DNA of 64,000 bases from the human T2T-CHM13v2.0 reference genome, Homo sapiens, in NCBI RefSeq assembly GCF_009914755.1, contig NC_060931.1. One strand, written 5' to 3'. The notes under the pieces are model-generated. The model saw only the letters and a program-made list of their open reading frames with translations, was not told the origin of the DNA and ran no database searches. The position numbers and the translations under genes were made by a program. This document shows, piece after piece, positions 1-12,532 of the stretch (positions are counted from its first letter, which is position 1; each line of letters starts with the position of its first letter).

Positions 1-9
1 ACACCTGAC

Positions 10-262
10 TGGGCTGAAAGCTAAGTTCTAACTTTGCCCCTCTTACTAACCAGCTATGTGACTCTCCTGGGAACTTTTAGGGACTCAGTTTCTTTACCTG
101 CAAAATGGTTCAATGCAAGACTTTAGTAACGTAATGGGAACTTTCCTTTTCCATAAAACTGGGGAATCAAGAGGTAATCTCTTTTGAGGACTGAAATCAC
201 TCTTATGTAACCTCTGGTTACATTATCATTTCCAAGTGCCTGGCACTTGGGAAATGATAACT
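10..262 (+). mobile_element. MIR SINE (degenerate)
   Basis: MIR-like core 'cagctatgtgactc...ctcagtttctttacctgcaaaatgg' and 3' 'aagtgcctggcac'; boundaries approximate. Confidence 0.55.
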
Positions 263-1307
263 ATTCTTACTACATTTTTCTATGTTTCATTCTGTAGTAA
301 ATAAGAACTGAACCTGCATAGTAACTGTTATTTTAACCCATGACTTTCAATAACGAAGATATCTATGTCTCATTATCTATTGCCATGATTGAACAAGTTG
401 GTATGAGAGCCGGAACGAACTCAAGTTCTAACCGGCAATGCCCGTTCCTTAGATCCTATTACCTTTGAGTGTTCATTTACTCTTGTAGGTGCCAATTTTT
501 ATAGCGAAATACAAAGTTATCCCAACACAATTACTCCTAATAGAGTTCACCGAGGCCCCAAAAGCTCTTTTTTAAAAATCATCATAAGATTTCAACATTC
601 AAGAATTAAACTTTTGTTCTGTTGTGCTTATTCATCGCTATTTGCCCAGTTATTTAATCAGCCTGCTTCCGGCTATGGAAAAAAAAAAAAAGAAAAAAAG
701 AAATGGAAGTCTCCTCAGGGTTAAACTCCTCTGTTGTTCTTCCTTGCAGAAATTTGAGTTATTATAGTAGAGGATAATCGTTGCATAATGAAATCATTGG
801 GACAATTCGTCCATCCACTTCTACCTCCGCCTCTAACAATGAACTCCTTGTTTCTGCGGTGCCCAAATCTCTCTAAACCCGGGTGGGCGCGGGGCGGTTA
901 GCGGAGACGTGGGAGAGGCCGAGAGCAAAGCTCGCGCCCTTCCCGGGGTCAGCGAGCGGGGTGCCAGGAGGGTGCGCGCCCTGCATCTGAGCCCGGGGTG
1001 ACACTCGCCTCCCAAGCGCCAGGAGGGGGAGACTCGGTCCCGCTTATCTCCGGCTGTGCTAACTTCAGACTGCCTGAGCTGGGGGAGGAGAGCGCGCAGC
1101 CAGGGCGAGAAAACTTCTCCACCTAGAAAGTTTCACCTTGTCGTGGGCGGGGCAGAGGCGGGAGGAAACGCGACCCCCGCGGGGCCAGGCGCGGCGCGGA
1201 CGGCAGGAAGGGCGGGGGCCGATTTCCCTCTGGGTGGTGCCAGTCCCCACCTCAGCGGTCCTCGGAACCCGCGGACTAGGGGACGGACAGCACGCGAGGC
1301 AGACAGA

Positions 1308-1313
1308 CACGTG
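1308..1313. promoter_or_regulatory. E-box CACGTG (MITF/MYC/USF; contains HRE core RCGTG)
   Basis: Exact CACGTG at the distal TSS region. MET is a known MITF and HIF target. Confidence 0.6.
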
Positions 1314-1402
1314 CTGGGGCGGGCAGGCGAGCGCCTCAGTCTGGTCGCCTGGCGGTGCCTCCGGCCCCAACGCGCCCGGGCCGCCGCGGGCCGCGCGCGC
1401 CG

Positions 1403-1414
1403 ATGCCCGGCTGA
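1403..1414 (+). other. minimal uORF (MPG*), present only in long-5'UTR transcripts
   Basis: ATG CCC GGC TGA; the stop overlaps the AP-1 site. Confidence 0.5.
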
Positions 1415-1418
1415 GTCA
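1412..1418. promoter_or_regulatory. AP-1 site TGAGTCA
   Basis: Perfect consensus inside the CpG island; a second TGACTCA lies at 1987-1993. Confidence 0.7.
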
Positions 1419-1467
1419 CTGGCAGGGCAGCGCGCGTGTGGGAAGGGGCGGAGGGAGTGCGGCCGGC

Positions 1468-1486
1468 GGGCGGGCGGGGCGCTGGG
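1468..1486 (+). promoter_or_regulatory. G-quadruplex-forming motif / Sp1 GC-box cluster
   Basis: GGGCGGGCGGGGCGCTGGG has four G3+ tracts with short loops; further G-tracts at 1440-1456. Confidence 0.75.
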
Positions 1487-1553
1487 CTCAGCCCGGCCGC
1501 AGGTGACCCGGAGGCCCTCGCCGCCCGCGGCGCCCCGAGCGCTTTGTGAGCAG

Positions 1554-1601
1554 ATGCGGAGCCGAGTGGAGGGCGCGAGCCAGATGCGGGGCGACAGCTG
1601 A
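1554..1601 (+). other. uORF MRSRVEGASQMRGDS* (two in-frame ATGs, 1554 and 1584)
   Basis: Read directly from exon 1; the stop at 1599-1601 matches the end of ORF-track entry 1056..1601. Confidence 0.75.
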
Positions 1602-4600
1602 CTTGCTGAGAGGAGGCGGGGAGGCGCGGAGCGCGCGTGTGGTCCTTGCGCCGCTGACTTCTCCACTGGTTCCTGGGCACCGAAAGGTAAAATTGCAGCC
1701 CCTTTCAGATCCAGTACCCAATCCCTCGCCTCAGGGGTTCTGCTTTCTTTGTTCCCCTAAGAGACCTGACTGCTGTTCCAGGGGGCAAAACCACGTAGGT
1801 GGGCTAGAGTTTAGGGGCTTCGGAAACTGAAGAGACGTGGCCACGGCGAGGACGAAACTAGAATGGGGCTTGTCTTTTTAGGGGGTTGCTTCTGATGGCC
1901 ACCTGTATGACTTAGGAGGGAGAGGGGCGCTGGGACAGTGGGTGATGTGTGACTGTTACGGCCCAGCAAGTTTTAAAGCTGGGATCTGACTCAGCCCTTA
2001 CAAAAGGGATCCGGTCATCCTCGTCCCACCGTGATGCAGCTGGCAAGGTTTGAGCCGAGCTGTTTCCTTGTTCCCAGCCTTGCTTTATCTGTGTTATGTT
2101 GGGGTCCTTCCAAGGGGCAGGTGTTTCTGTGAAAGTCTGAATTCATTTCTGGCAATCACGCGGGGCTTGTGATCCATCAATTTTCCATCGTACCTTATCT
2201 CTTTCTGGGGCTTGTGGTGGACATCTATCTTATTAGGTGAAATAGATTATAACCAGAGGCTGAGCGATGTGGCCAGTCGTAGTGCTGACCCGATAATTAA
2301 AGCACCAGTGAAAGTACTTTCCCTGACTATTGTCAATGCAGAATTTACTCCGAAGTACGGTTTCCCATTCATATCTTTCATGTTTTAAAAGAGCCATTTG
2401 CTAATTTGGCAGTTGGAGAGGGCTCCAATGGCTCACGCATGAATAGTTGCCCAGTGTATTTTACCTTATCACAGTTTTATGTTCAAAGGAGCCCTCGGGC
2501 AGAATGAAATATTGTCAACTCTCTTAGGCAAAATAATCAAGATACTTTAATTGCTATGTTAAGATGGTCCATGAATGTGAGAGGATTGTAAGAACTGACG
2601 TTGGAGGCAATATAGACTATCTGGACCCTCTCTTGAATTTTAAGAAGACTGTTCACATTCTGTAGCTTTGGGTGGGGGTTTATTCTGTCGCTTTCATCAG
2701 CCAGACACATGCACATTGCCATGCAAATGGATTCAGAAAAACATTATATTCCCTTACAGCTAAACTATTATAGCTGACTAATGAATTTTTTCTGCATGAA
2801 GATGATCTGAAAATGATGTACATCATGTTTCTCTGTGCTACAGGGACATAAATTGCATTTTTATGTAAACAGTGTAAGTGGTGCTTGGATTATTTACAGG
2901 TACATAGCTTTCCTTCCTTGATCTAAGCTAATTGAGCTTTGTTTTGAACGTGTAAACTTCCATAATGGAACATAAGTGAGGTACTTTGGTTCCTATCATT
3001 TGCAAGTCTGTGGTGTATTCAATGTTCATTCTTTTTGAACTGCTGAATAACAGAGGGAAAATTTACATCATTCATAAGAAATTTTGGTAGTACAAAAATG
3101 TGTCTGATAGCCTATAAAATGTACTGCTGTTTTAAAAATTCTATTCCGTTTTCAAACTTAATGGTGTATAAGCTATAGTTATTAACTTAAATATATTTTG
3201 CTTTTAACATGATGGAATTTGTGGCATATAGAAGACAGTCTGCCGACTACTGCTTTTTCAAAATTGCTTTGTTCTTGATACATGGCAGTAGGGGTTTACA
3301 TTAGATGTATACTACATGCTTTCAAAATTAGTTGATGGAGTTTATCTTCATGATAAAAAATGTACCAGATTAATCATAGCCAGTCAATACGAAAGCTCAT
3401 AACTAATATTTTCACTACTTTTAAACCTATAATAGAGAAAAATGACCCTTTGCTAAGCAGGAGAAATACCCATATTTTATAAATTCCTTTTAAGACTATG
3501 TAAGTATATGCCTTGCATTAATCTTGAAATCTTTAAAAAAAAATTGTCTTAATGAGGGCTAGACTAAGAAATACATTTCAAAAATCAATTTCCTTAGCTG
3601 TTTTTAAAATAGTGTTTGAAGTAGCATTAGTCATATTATCCTTCTGCAGATCTACATAATAGTCTCAAATTAACTTTTTCTCAAATGTGGTCATCTCAAA
3701 ACAACGTGAATAACTCAGAGGAGCTAACATCCTCTAACTGGCTTATTTTCTCCAAGTGGCTGCACCAAAGACATGGCAACACCCCCATGGTGAGCACAGT
3801 TCCTCACACATTCAGATTACCTCCCATTTCTCTGTCCTCTTCCTCCTCAACCCTTTCCCTTGGTTTGGTCAGAGCTGCTTTCAAGGCCTTCCGTGCCCCC
3901 ATTTCTCCAGCCCAGTTTGCTCGTTTCTTCTTTAGGCATTAGGCTTAGTGATTCTCGCCAGAGCCATCTACGCTTTCTTTTCCGTGGTCTAAATCCCTAA
4001 GATTTCCTTGGTCTGCTGTGTTTATTCATAGGATACTCAATTTCCTCATTGTGCCCTCTTAAGGGGAGAAAATGTATGTAGAAACTCAAGTGTCCGGAAG
4101 TGAGCCTTCTTTTCCTGGCTGGTGTATGCTGAAACTAGTGTTTTTGACACCAAGCCCTTAGGGCAGAGTTTCTTCATGGGTTTTGCTCAGTGCAAAATAA
4201 ATAGTCACTTCTCAGTAATAAATGATAGATACACTGACTAATGTTAGTTCAGAATCACTTTGATGATGTGTTCTCAACTGACACTGAGTTGCTGCTAGAT
4301 CCACATTTGCCTGACCAAAAATAGCTAGGACCTATAGGTAGAGTATCATATGTGCTAGGTACTACAGCATTTTCTTTAAAAGAAAGAAATGGAATCTGCC
4401 CTTGAGAAGTTTATGATCTAGATACACAGACAAATATCACATATTAAATGAACACAAATTCATAATTATTAAGAGGACATCACATGAGAAACGCTTTCAA
4501 AATCATCCTATTTGCTATGAAATAATAGAATTTTTTTTTAAAAATCAAAGTTTGGAACTTAAAAACCTTAACATTTTCAAGCTGTTTCTGCATACATCAC

Positions 4601-6088
4601 CTTTCTGATACCAAAACGACCTTACAAGATAGGCAAGTCTGATAACATCTTAACATTCTTATGTTATAGACAAGGAAACTGAGCTTGAGACTAGCTCCAT
4701 GCTATTTCAATAGCACCATACCACCTTTCCTCAGCCATCAACTATTGGAAACATTTTCCATGGAGGCATCATTAGGGATGCTTAAGATAGTGGTAAATGA
4801 TGAATATAACATATCTAGTCCCTGGAGTTTTTGTCACCTTCTCTTTCTCCAGTTCTCTCTCTCTTTTTTTTTTTTAATTTCTTTTCTTTTCTTTTTTTCT
4901 TTTCTTTGTAGTGAGACATACCGAGAAAAGGTTTCATTCATATGTGTGGGGCATTCTGCTCCTGTTATCAGATTAAGAGCCGTGAATAATTTTGTAATCT
5001 ATCCTTCTATCAGAAAGCCCATTCTCAGATATCTTTTCAGCTGTGTTAAACAGGTTAGTATATTCCGCTTGGGATTTGTTTCAATAAAAACATCCAGTAA
5101 AATCTGACTACTTTGCTTTTCATGGGACAAAATGAAAAAAGTGCTTTTATAAGCTGTAAAACTTAATTGAGAGAAAAAATCACGTGTGGCATTTGTAGCA
5201 GGAGGTATGAGCTCAGTGAAATAAAAAAGTTAACTTTGTAATCACATACCCAGGTACACATATTTCTCTCTGTGATTGCATAAATGTGTGCAAGTATGTT
5301 TATGTAGGTTACTCCCATTGATTTTAATTTCTATAATAAATTATGTAGCTATAGGGCCCACAGGCGATTATATAATGGGCAATAGAATTTGAAAATGTAT
5401 CTCTCCTAATATAATTAAGGATAGCAATTATGAAATGTGCTTAGAGAATCACAAGTTATCGTGAAAGCCAGGTTCCTGTACTCCAAGAATGTGAATGAGG
5501 ATTTAGTCATTCATTCAGGACAATTTTTTGACAACCTACGAGGCATAGTTCTAAAATCTGGCATTTCCACAGAGTATAAAACAGATGAAAACCTCTAACC
5601 TCATGACACTCTGTTCTATTGAGTTGGCAAACAATAAAGAAATACATAACTGAAATGTGTTGTATGTCAGGTGATGATAATAGCTTCAAGGTAGAATAAA
5701 ATGGAAAAGAGAATAGTGACTGTCAAGGATAAGAGAGAGTGGGATGGTGATTGAAAAACTCAATAGTGAGGTCAGGGAAGGCTTGTCTTCAAAGGTGGGC
5801 TTTGGGCTAGAATCTGAAGGAGATAAGGAAGTGAGCCAGGCGCATATGAGGAGCACTTCTCAGGAGTGCTATTCTCATCTTGTTTTTCCTGAAATTGTGC
5901 AGTTCACAGCTTGCACAACTGTCCATAGACTCCCTGATTTTGGAGGGAGATACCTGAATAGTGCCCCTGTTTTTGTAGGGAAATACCTGGACAGTGCCTG
6001 CCATCATTAGCTACCATGTTAAAGATGAAGATACAGGAGTGGCCCACATCTCTTGGTTTATGAGACATGGAAGAAGAAGACCCAGAGT

Positions 6089-6142
6089 GTTGTTTTGTTT
6101 TTTTTTTTGTTTTTTTGTTTTGTTTTGTTTTGTTTTGTTTTG
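6089..6142. repeat. (GTTTT)n / T-rich simple repeat
   Basis: Visible run of gtttt units. Confidence 0.9.
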
Positions 6143-7078
6143 CATCCGCCTGGTCCCATCCCATACTCCATCCTCTATCAGAGATATTGCTCCATTCAGA
6201 CAATTTTCCTTCTTATTTTCCACACTGTGAGCCTGTCACAGTGGGATTTGTTGAGAAGGATACCCATGGCTTTTTTCACTGATCCCTTCCATAGTATAAA
6301 TCTAAAGACAGCAAGAGGCAGTTGCTGATGGTGTGCAGCTTCTGTCTGCTATGCACTTCTTTCTTTCCCCCTCGCTCTCCTTCCTTTTCCTTTCCAGTAT
6401 TAAGTCACTGCATTGGATTTTCTTCCTCTTTTCTTCCTTTTCCCTTATTCCCCTATTTATATCCTGTATCAAGATTTGCAAACAGGTAACTTAAATGAGG
6501 AAAACTAACCATTTCACTAGGGATTGACAAACTGCTTAGGAAAAGCAGAGGGGCAGTCACTGCTTGGCGTGATTAGAGCTGTTGTGAGGCTCAGTGTATG
6601 GCATGGGCCCATGTGGTAGTATCTTTCAGATTTTCAAGAGAAGCTAGGACTCTCCCAATTTTAAAATGTTGACTCAGTGTCTTTAAAACACCATACAGCT
6701 TACAGTGGCAGAAAGTCTGCAAGCCAGATTGGGCTCCTGATGGTCCCAATTGCAGCAGCATGCATGGCCCGAGAGCCCCAGGACTGCTTCTACAAAATAT
6801 TTTATTTTCTAAAATTCTCAGAAAATTAACTAAACAAATTTTTTAAAACCAATATTTTATGTCAGTTCCTATTGGCACGTGGTTATTTTTCTAAACTCAT
6901 CAGCCCACATACTTTACATCAAACTATGTACGTTTCTAAACTAAAGGGTAATCTAGTTATTTCATTCTTAAACTGAAGTAGTAGTTTTCTGAAACCTGAA
7001 TCCATCATGGCTTTATGCATCAATTTCATTTCCAAGTTCTCTGATTCAGGATAAACTCCCCCTTTGGAATATTGTCTT

Positions 7079-7123
7079 TCTCTCTCTCTCTCTCTGTCTC
7101 TCTCTCTCTCTGTCTCTGTCTCT
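7079..7123. repeat. (TC)n/(TCTG) microsatellite
   Basis: tctctctc...tgtctctgtctct. Confidence 0.9.
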
Positions 7124-9768
7124 GGAAATGACTGAACTTCACCCGTTGTTATTACCCTGCCATTGAAATTCAAAACATGCACTGCCCTCCTGGTTTCCAG
7201 TGCCCTTTAAAAGCAATCAGATCAGTGTTAAAATCTATTTTTCCAAAGGAATAAAAGCTCACAGGTTGTGCACTAATTTGTTTCCTTTAATCCTAAAATC
7301 TCAGTGAAATGCCCAAGCTAGCAGCCCTCCAGAAGGCCACTGTGTTAGAAAGGGAGATTATGTACTGTATTTCTTCCTACTATTTTAAATGCAAATATAA
7401 TAATATATCATGAAACAGTGCACATACAGTATACATATTAAGATCAGTGGTCTATTCCTGTTTTGAAATGGTCTCCTACTCCTTAATAGTTGGAATTCTG
7501 AGGCAGCACCTAGACTCTCAGGTCCAATTTGAAAATGTATGTTTTTTTTTAAAAAAGAATGACTTGGGGAATAACTGTTTGATAAGACCGTGGAAGATTT
7601 CTAATTTTTAATATTTTATTAAAAATGTAAAGAAAGACATTCAAAGCTGAGACCTTTGAAATAATATGGTCTTTGCAAGTCAGAGAAAAAGAGAAGTGGT
7701 AAATTTATTAGAGATAGGTTGCCTCCTTTGAGGCCTAATCATGTGGGAAAGGAAAACCCAGCCAAGGTTTGGGTCCATAAGACAATTCAACCTAGCTTTA
7801 AAAATAGGTTTTGGCTTTGCTTGGGACCAGCATTGGGACCAGAGTGTATCTAGACCAGCATTTTAGCTATTAAATTTTAAACCTAGGGGTCTTTTAAGGG
7901 AAATTTAATCCATGTGTCTTTGATTCACTAAATCTTAAATCATTACTCACAAACTGTATGTCCCTCTAAGCTCTTTGATGTCCAAGAGATCTCTAAAATT
8001 GTGTAAGGCCTTTTTGTTCCAGAAAAAAATAGGAAGTTGGTTTTTGCTAAGCGTCAATAAACAGCATCCTCAAAAATCTGATTAGGTCTAAAATCTTGCA
8101 ACCATGACAGTATGGATGTTTGAATGATGCAATGTGAAAATTTTAAGCACTTTTTAAAGTCCTTGTTTACCAGTAATACTCAGTTGTAATCCTTACTAAC
8201 CCCAAGGAAATTATTTTGACACATTTCCTCTCTGTTTTGTAATATAAATACAAAGCCCAAATATTCATCATTTTATTCTGGCACATAGTAGGTACTCAGT
8301 AAGTATTTTGTAGAGTGTTGAATGACTCTTTCTTCTGCCCAGAAACTTCTAGCTAATGTCAGTTCTTCTATTCAATATTGATATCCATCTGTCATACCTT
8401 GGAATAAGATCTATTCTAAGTCAGTGACCTTGTTCGACAAATTTTTAAAATAAGCCATCTAACTAAATATATGACATTTATTGAAATTCATTTTGCACCA
8501 TGAAGCAACTGCCTTGCAAAGAGTGCTGAAAATAGGAAGGAATTTCTAGACTAATTTGATTAAATATTCAGTTGTTGCCATATGCTTTCTGAAAATTGAT
8601 TTTCCCCCTTTTACTATTCCTGTCATCCTTCCTCCCACCTTGACATGCTTACTGATTGAAAGCTATGCACAGAAAAAGGGCAGGTCGCTTGTATGTATAA
8701 GCAAGAGCAGCAAGTCCAAACAGGCTTAGAAAACGTAATGCTATAATCACGAGTTGTCATAATATAGGAGAGGGGAGAGAGGAATACTCAGCAATAAGAG
8801 TGGTGTTGGGTATTGCTCCAAATTACATGGATGACACATCTTTGAACTCTATTGTGTCGGGGGAAAACACCTTCTTGCTGTAGTTAGATTTCCTGTTTGT
8901 GAATGTGTATTTTCTGGTAACCAGACTTCCTATATGAATTTGACATAGCTTTAAGTGCATTTCAAATGACATGATTAAAGAATGGCTGCTTTGGAGACAG
9001 CAGCTCCTTCTCTCTTAAAGAAATAAACTATCATGCTAAAATATAGGCATTGAGATCTTTCTTGATACCATATTGTGAATTTCTAATGGCTCATCACATT
9101 TTTATCCTCAGAAAACCTTTCCTGGTGAAAAGCATGCTGTTTTAGTATCACATTTGGGGTGATGGAATTGGCAATTTCTTATATCTTGAGGGGGCGGGGG
9201 GGTAAAAGGAAAATTGTGTTAATAGGGTCTTAAAATAGAGATTCTCTTAGGTTAACCTGAAGATTTACTAAATACATTATCATTACAGCTTGTTTTGACA
9301 TTTAATTGTAGATGGCACTGTATCAGCACTGACTTATTTATACAGCTTTGTTTAGACATGCCTAATTTTTATTTCATTGGTGGAACCAAACCATCAGTAA
9401 TAAATCATATATCAGTGTTTTTGTACACATTCGTATTTACATGACTTTTAAAATTCCAATGTAAAGGTCTCACAACTTGAAAAATGAATGAATGCCTGAG
9501 TATTTGAACAGTTGGGAAAATGTAGTTCAATTTAAGAAAGATTTTTTATGACAATTCTTATGCCATATATAGAAAATAGATAATAAAGGAGAAGGCCTGG
9601 AGGTTTAGATGGGATATTGGATCAATGAGCAAAGGAAGGGGAAAGGTGGGCGGGATATGCTGAAGGGTCATGGGCTTGAGTGCACCCTAAGTCATAAAGA
9701 GGGTGTCCCATTAAGAATCAGGCTGCCTGAATTCTAAGTAGGAAAGAGGCAGGTCAAAATGGTGTATA

Positions 9769-10057
9769 GGCCAGGCACAGTGGCTCACGCTTGTAATCCC
9801 AGCACTTTAGGAGGCCAAGGTGGGTGGATGGCTTGAGCTCAGGAGTTTGAGACCAGCCTGGGCAACATAGCAAAACCCCCCTCTTAAAAAAATTACAAAA
9901 AGTAGCTGGACATGGTGGCGCACACTTGCAGTCCCAGCTACTCAGGAGGCTGAGGTGGGAGGATCACCTGAGCCTGGGAGGCCAAGGCTGTAGTGAGCCG
10001 AGATCATACCACTGCACTCCAGCATGGGTGACAAAGAGAGACCCTGTCTCAGAAAAA
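9769..10057 (+). mobile_element. Alu (AluJ-like)
   Basis: Dimeric Alu from ggccaggcacagtggctcacgc to gaccctgtctcagaaaaa, with J-type 'cttgagctcaggagtttgagaccagcctgggcaacatagc'. Confidence 0.92.
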
Positions 10058-10093
10058 GTGGGGGAGGGAGGGTATGGAATAAAGTAAAGCTCA

Positions 10094-10145
10094 TGGGAAA
10101 ATGGTACCTTTACCATTTTCCCACCTTGGGAAATGGTGGGAAAAT
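10094..10145. repeat. overlapping perfect inverted repeats (13-bp and 11-bp stems)
   Basis: TGGGAAAATGGTA-cctt-TACCATTTTCCCA (10094-10123), and ATTTTCCCACC (10115-10125) pairing with GGTGGGAAAAT (10135-10145). Confidence 0.9.
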
Positions 10146-12174
10146 TTAGACATTGCTTTACAAAGTCTAAATTTCTGCCAACTTGTGTTACATGTGGTTT
10201 GATTCTGGAGAAAGATAGACTATCATCTATCCAGTCCTAAATTGGGCCTCTTAGTCTGTCCTCCCCTCAGTTACCAGGAAGAATAGCAGGAATATGTCAC
10301 AGAAGCAGAGAAAGCTTTTATTCTGAGTGTCAGAGGCATGTTCTAAGCACTCTGTTATCTACTCCCAGGCACTCTAAATGAAATTCCATTTTCTCTGAGG
10401 AAATCAAAATATAAAAAGAAAACTCAGGCAAATTTATAAAGGTTTTACACCATTTTCATGACTGAAATATTCTAGCATATCTAGCTCATTATAATCTATA
10501 AATTCCTGTTGGGACCAAAAGTTATGGCCCTAAAACCTGTTATCTGTAATCCTTTTCCACTGGGATATTGTCTCTGGGGATATATATTAGCTTTCCTTGA
10601 GGATACTACCTTGAAACCATTTCTTTGGTCCTTGACTATACAAAGTTCATACTAGCATGGATGTAGGAATTGTATTTTTCTATTCTAAATACGAATTTAG
10701 ACAGTGATATAAAGATTCAAGGAAAGCTTCTATCAAGGCCTGCCTTCACTACTTGTCTTTTGGCTCCTCTGAGGGTCTTAGGTGAGCCACTTTCATCTGA
10801 TTCTGCCCTCACTTCAGGCAGAATTCATATGGCTCCAGCCAATGGCTACACTGTCCAAAGTGAGACTGTGGTCTCACAACCATCTGGTTAATACAAAGAC
10901 AGCAAGCCAATATGATCACTTAGGACCTAGGCAAACCTTTGGGCTTAAAATATTACCTTAGCTATTGTTGTTTTTAATGAGTATCAAATAGTATGATATT
11001 TGTAATTTGTATTATGTAAAGAAGTAACCAAAGCAGAGATTGTTGACAAAAAAAAAAACTTCCTCCTAACATAAATGAATATGCATTTTGGACTTTTCAA
11101 AAATTCCCTTTCTGTCTTGTCAAAATTAAGATATTTCTAAATTTTATTTCGGTCTCACTAACACATACTTGGATTATTGTTCATTGAAATCTGTACGTCA
11201 AGGCCCAGTGATTTTAAACATTCTTTTGGTCTTCAAAGAACTTACCAAAAAAAAATTGTTCTTTAAATCACCAGAAAAGTGCAGATAAAATCCCAGACAG
11301 TTTCATTAATGACAATGAAAGGTGACAGCCCTTGAATCTATGTCATAAGTTGATTAATTACTTTCCAAACATTATTAAAGATATTAGACGAATAACTTAG
11401 ACTGGTATCCAGGATCAAGGTTCCTTCATAATCCCTAAATGGGTTTTAATTTTCAGAGTTAGATGATCATTATATGTGATTTATTTCTTTAACATCTTTA
11501 GACTGTTGGCTTTATTGAAAAGAGAGGAGAGTATCTGTTTCAATGTGTTTTCTTTTCCCTGAAGTTATTCCTTGCAGAATTCAATAAAACCGGTTTTGAA
11601 ATAAAAATAATTAAATGCTGGCATTTTCTGTTAATAAGGGCCCATAGACCTGATGAATTATATAAACATTACAAGGAATTTACCACTGAGTTCATAATTA
11701 TGTAACCATTTAATGCCCAAACCTGCCTACTGACAGTGAAGACGTTCAATGAGAATGGACATTGTGCATTAGGATAAGGATGACCTGGAGTGAACTTTCA
11801 TTCTTGTTTTGGTTCTTTCCCATTTTGCCCAATTCATAGCACCTGATTCTCTTAACCAGCAAGTCTGTTTGCATGTCTCCAGTCCAATTTTTCGCCATGC
11901 CCACTGCAGTGATTCCAAACTCTCACCATTTCTTAAGCTCTTGCATCTTTTGGGCTCTCCTTATTCTCAGTATAAGATCTTTCCTTATAGTTTAGAGAGT
12001 AAACACAAGCCCAGTTGTTTCCATGTCACCCATTATTACCTCTTTCTGTCTCAAAGGATGAAACAGTCTTTTCTACCTAAGTCTTGACCCTGTTGTTCCC
12101 CACACCTGTGAGCACCTCCTCCCTCTATCCTACCCACCTTACAACTCTTCCCGTGTTTAAAATCTCCCTCACCA

Positions 12175-12532
12175 TTTTTCTTTTTTAAAAAAATTATATT
12201 TTAGGCTCAGTGGTACATGCGCAGATTTGTTACATAGGTAAACTCGTGCCACAGGGTTTATTTCATCACCCAGGTATTAAGCCTAGTACCCAATAGTTAT
12301 CTTTTCTGCTCCTCTCCCTCCTCTGCCCCCTCAAGTAGACCCCAATGTCTGTTGTTCCTTTCTTTGTGTTCATAGGTTCTCATCGTTTAGCTCCCACTTA
12401 TAAGTGAGAACATGCAGTATTTGGTTTTCTGTTCCTTTGTTAGTTTGCTAAGGATAACAGCCTCCAATTCCATCCATGTTTCTGCAAAAGACAGAATCTC
12501 ATTCTTTTTTATGTCTGCATAGTATTCCATGG
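12175..12532 (-). mobile_element. 5'-truncated old primate L1 3' end (L1PA13-16-like)
   Basis: Typical L1 3'UTR reverse strand: 'ttagctcccacttataagtgagaacatgcagtatttggttttctgttcc', 'gcatagtattccatgg'. Confidence 0.85.

Larger units (their letters stand above)
1305..1686 (+). other. MET: MET exon 1 (non-coding 5'UTR)
   Basis: Ends CCGAAAG|GTAAAA (donor GT at 1687). Splices to exon 2 to give ...CCGAAAG-ATAAACCTCTCATAATG as in the recalled MET mRNA. The TSS is recalled (long form ~1305, shorter form ~1514), not visible in the sequence. Confidence 0.9.
850..1870. promoter_or_regulatory. CpG island / TATA-less MET promoter
   Basis: Very high GC and CpG density, many GGGGCGG (Sp/KLF) boxes, no TATA box; spans exon 1. 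Confidence 0.95.

Noticed and set aside
833-1830. Several long Arg/Pro/Ala-rich ORFs in the CpG island
   Set aside because: Expected from stop-codon depletion in GC-rich DNA; mostly non-ATG starts.
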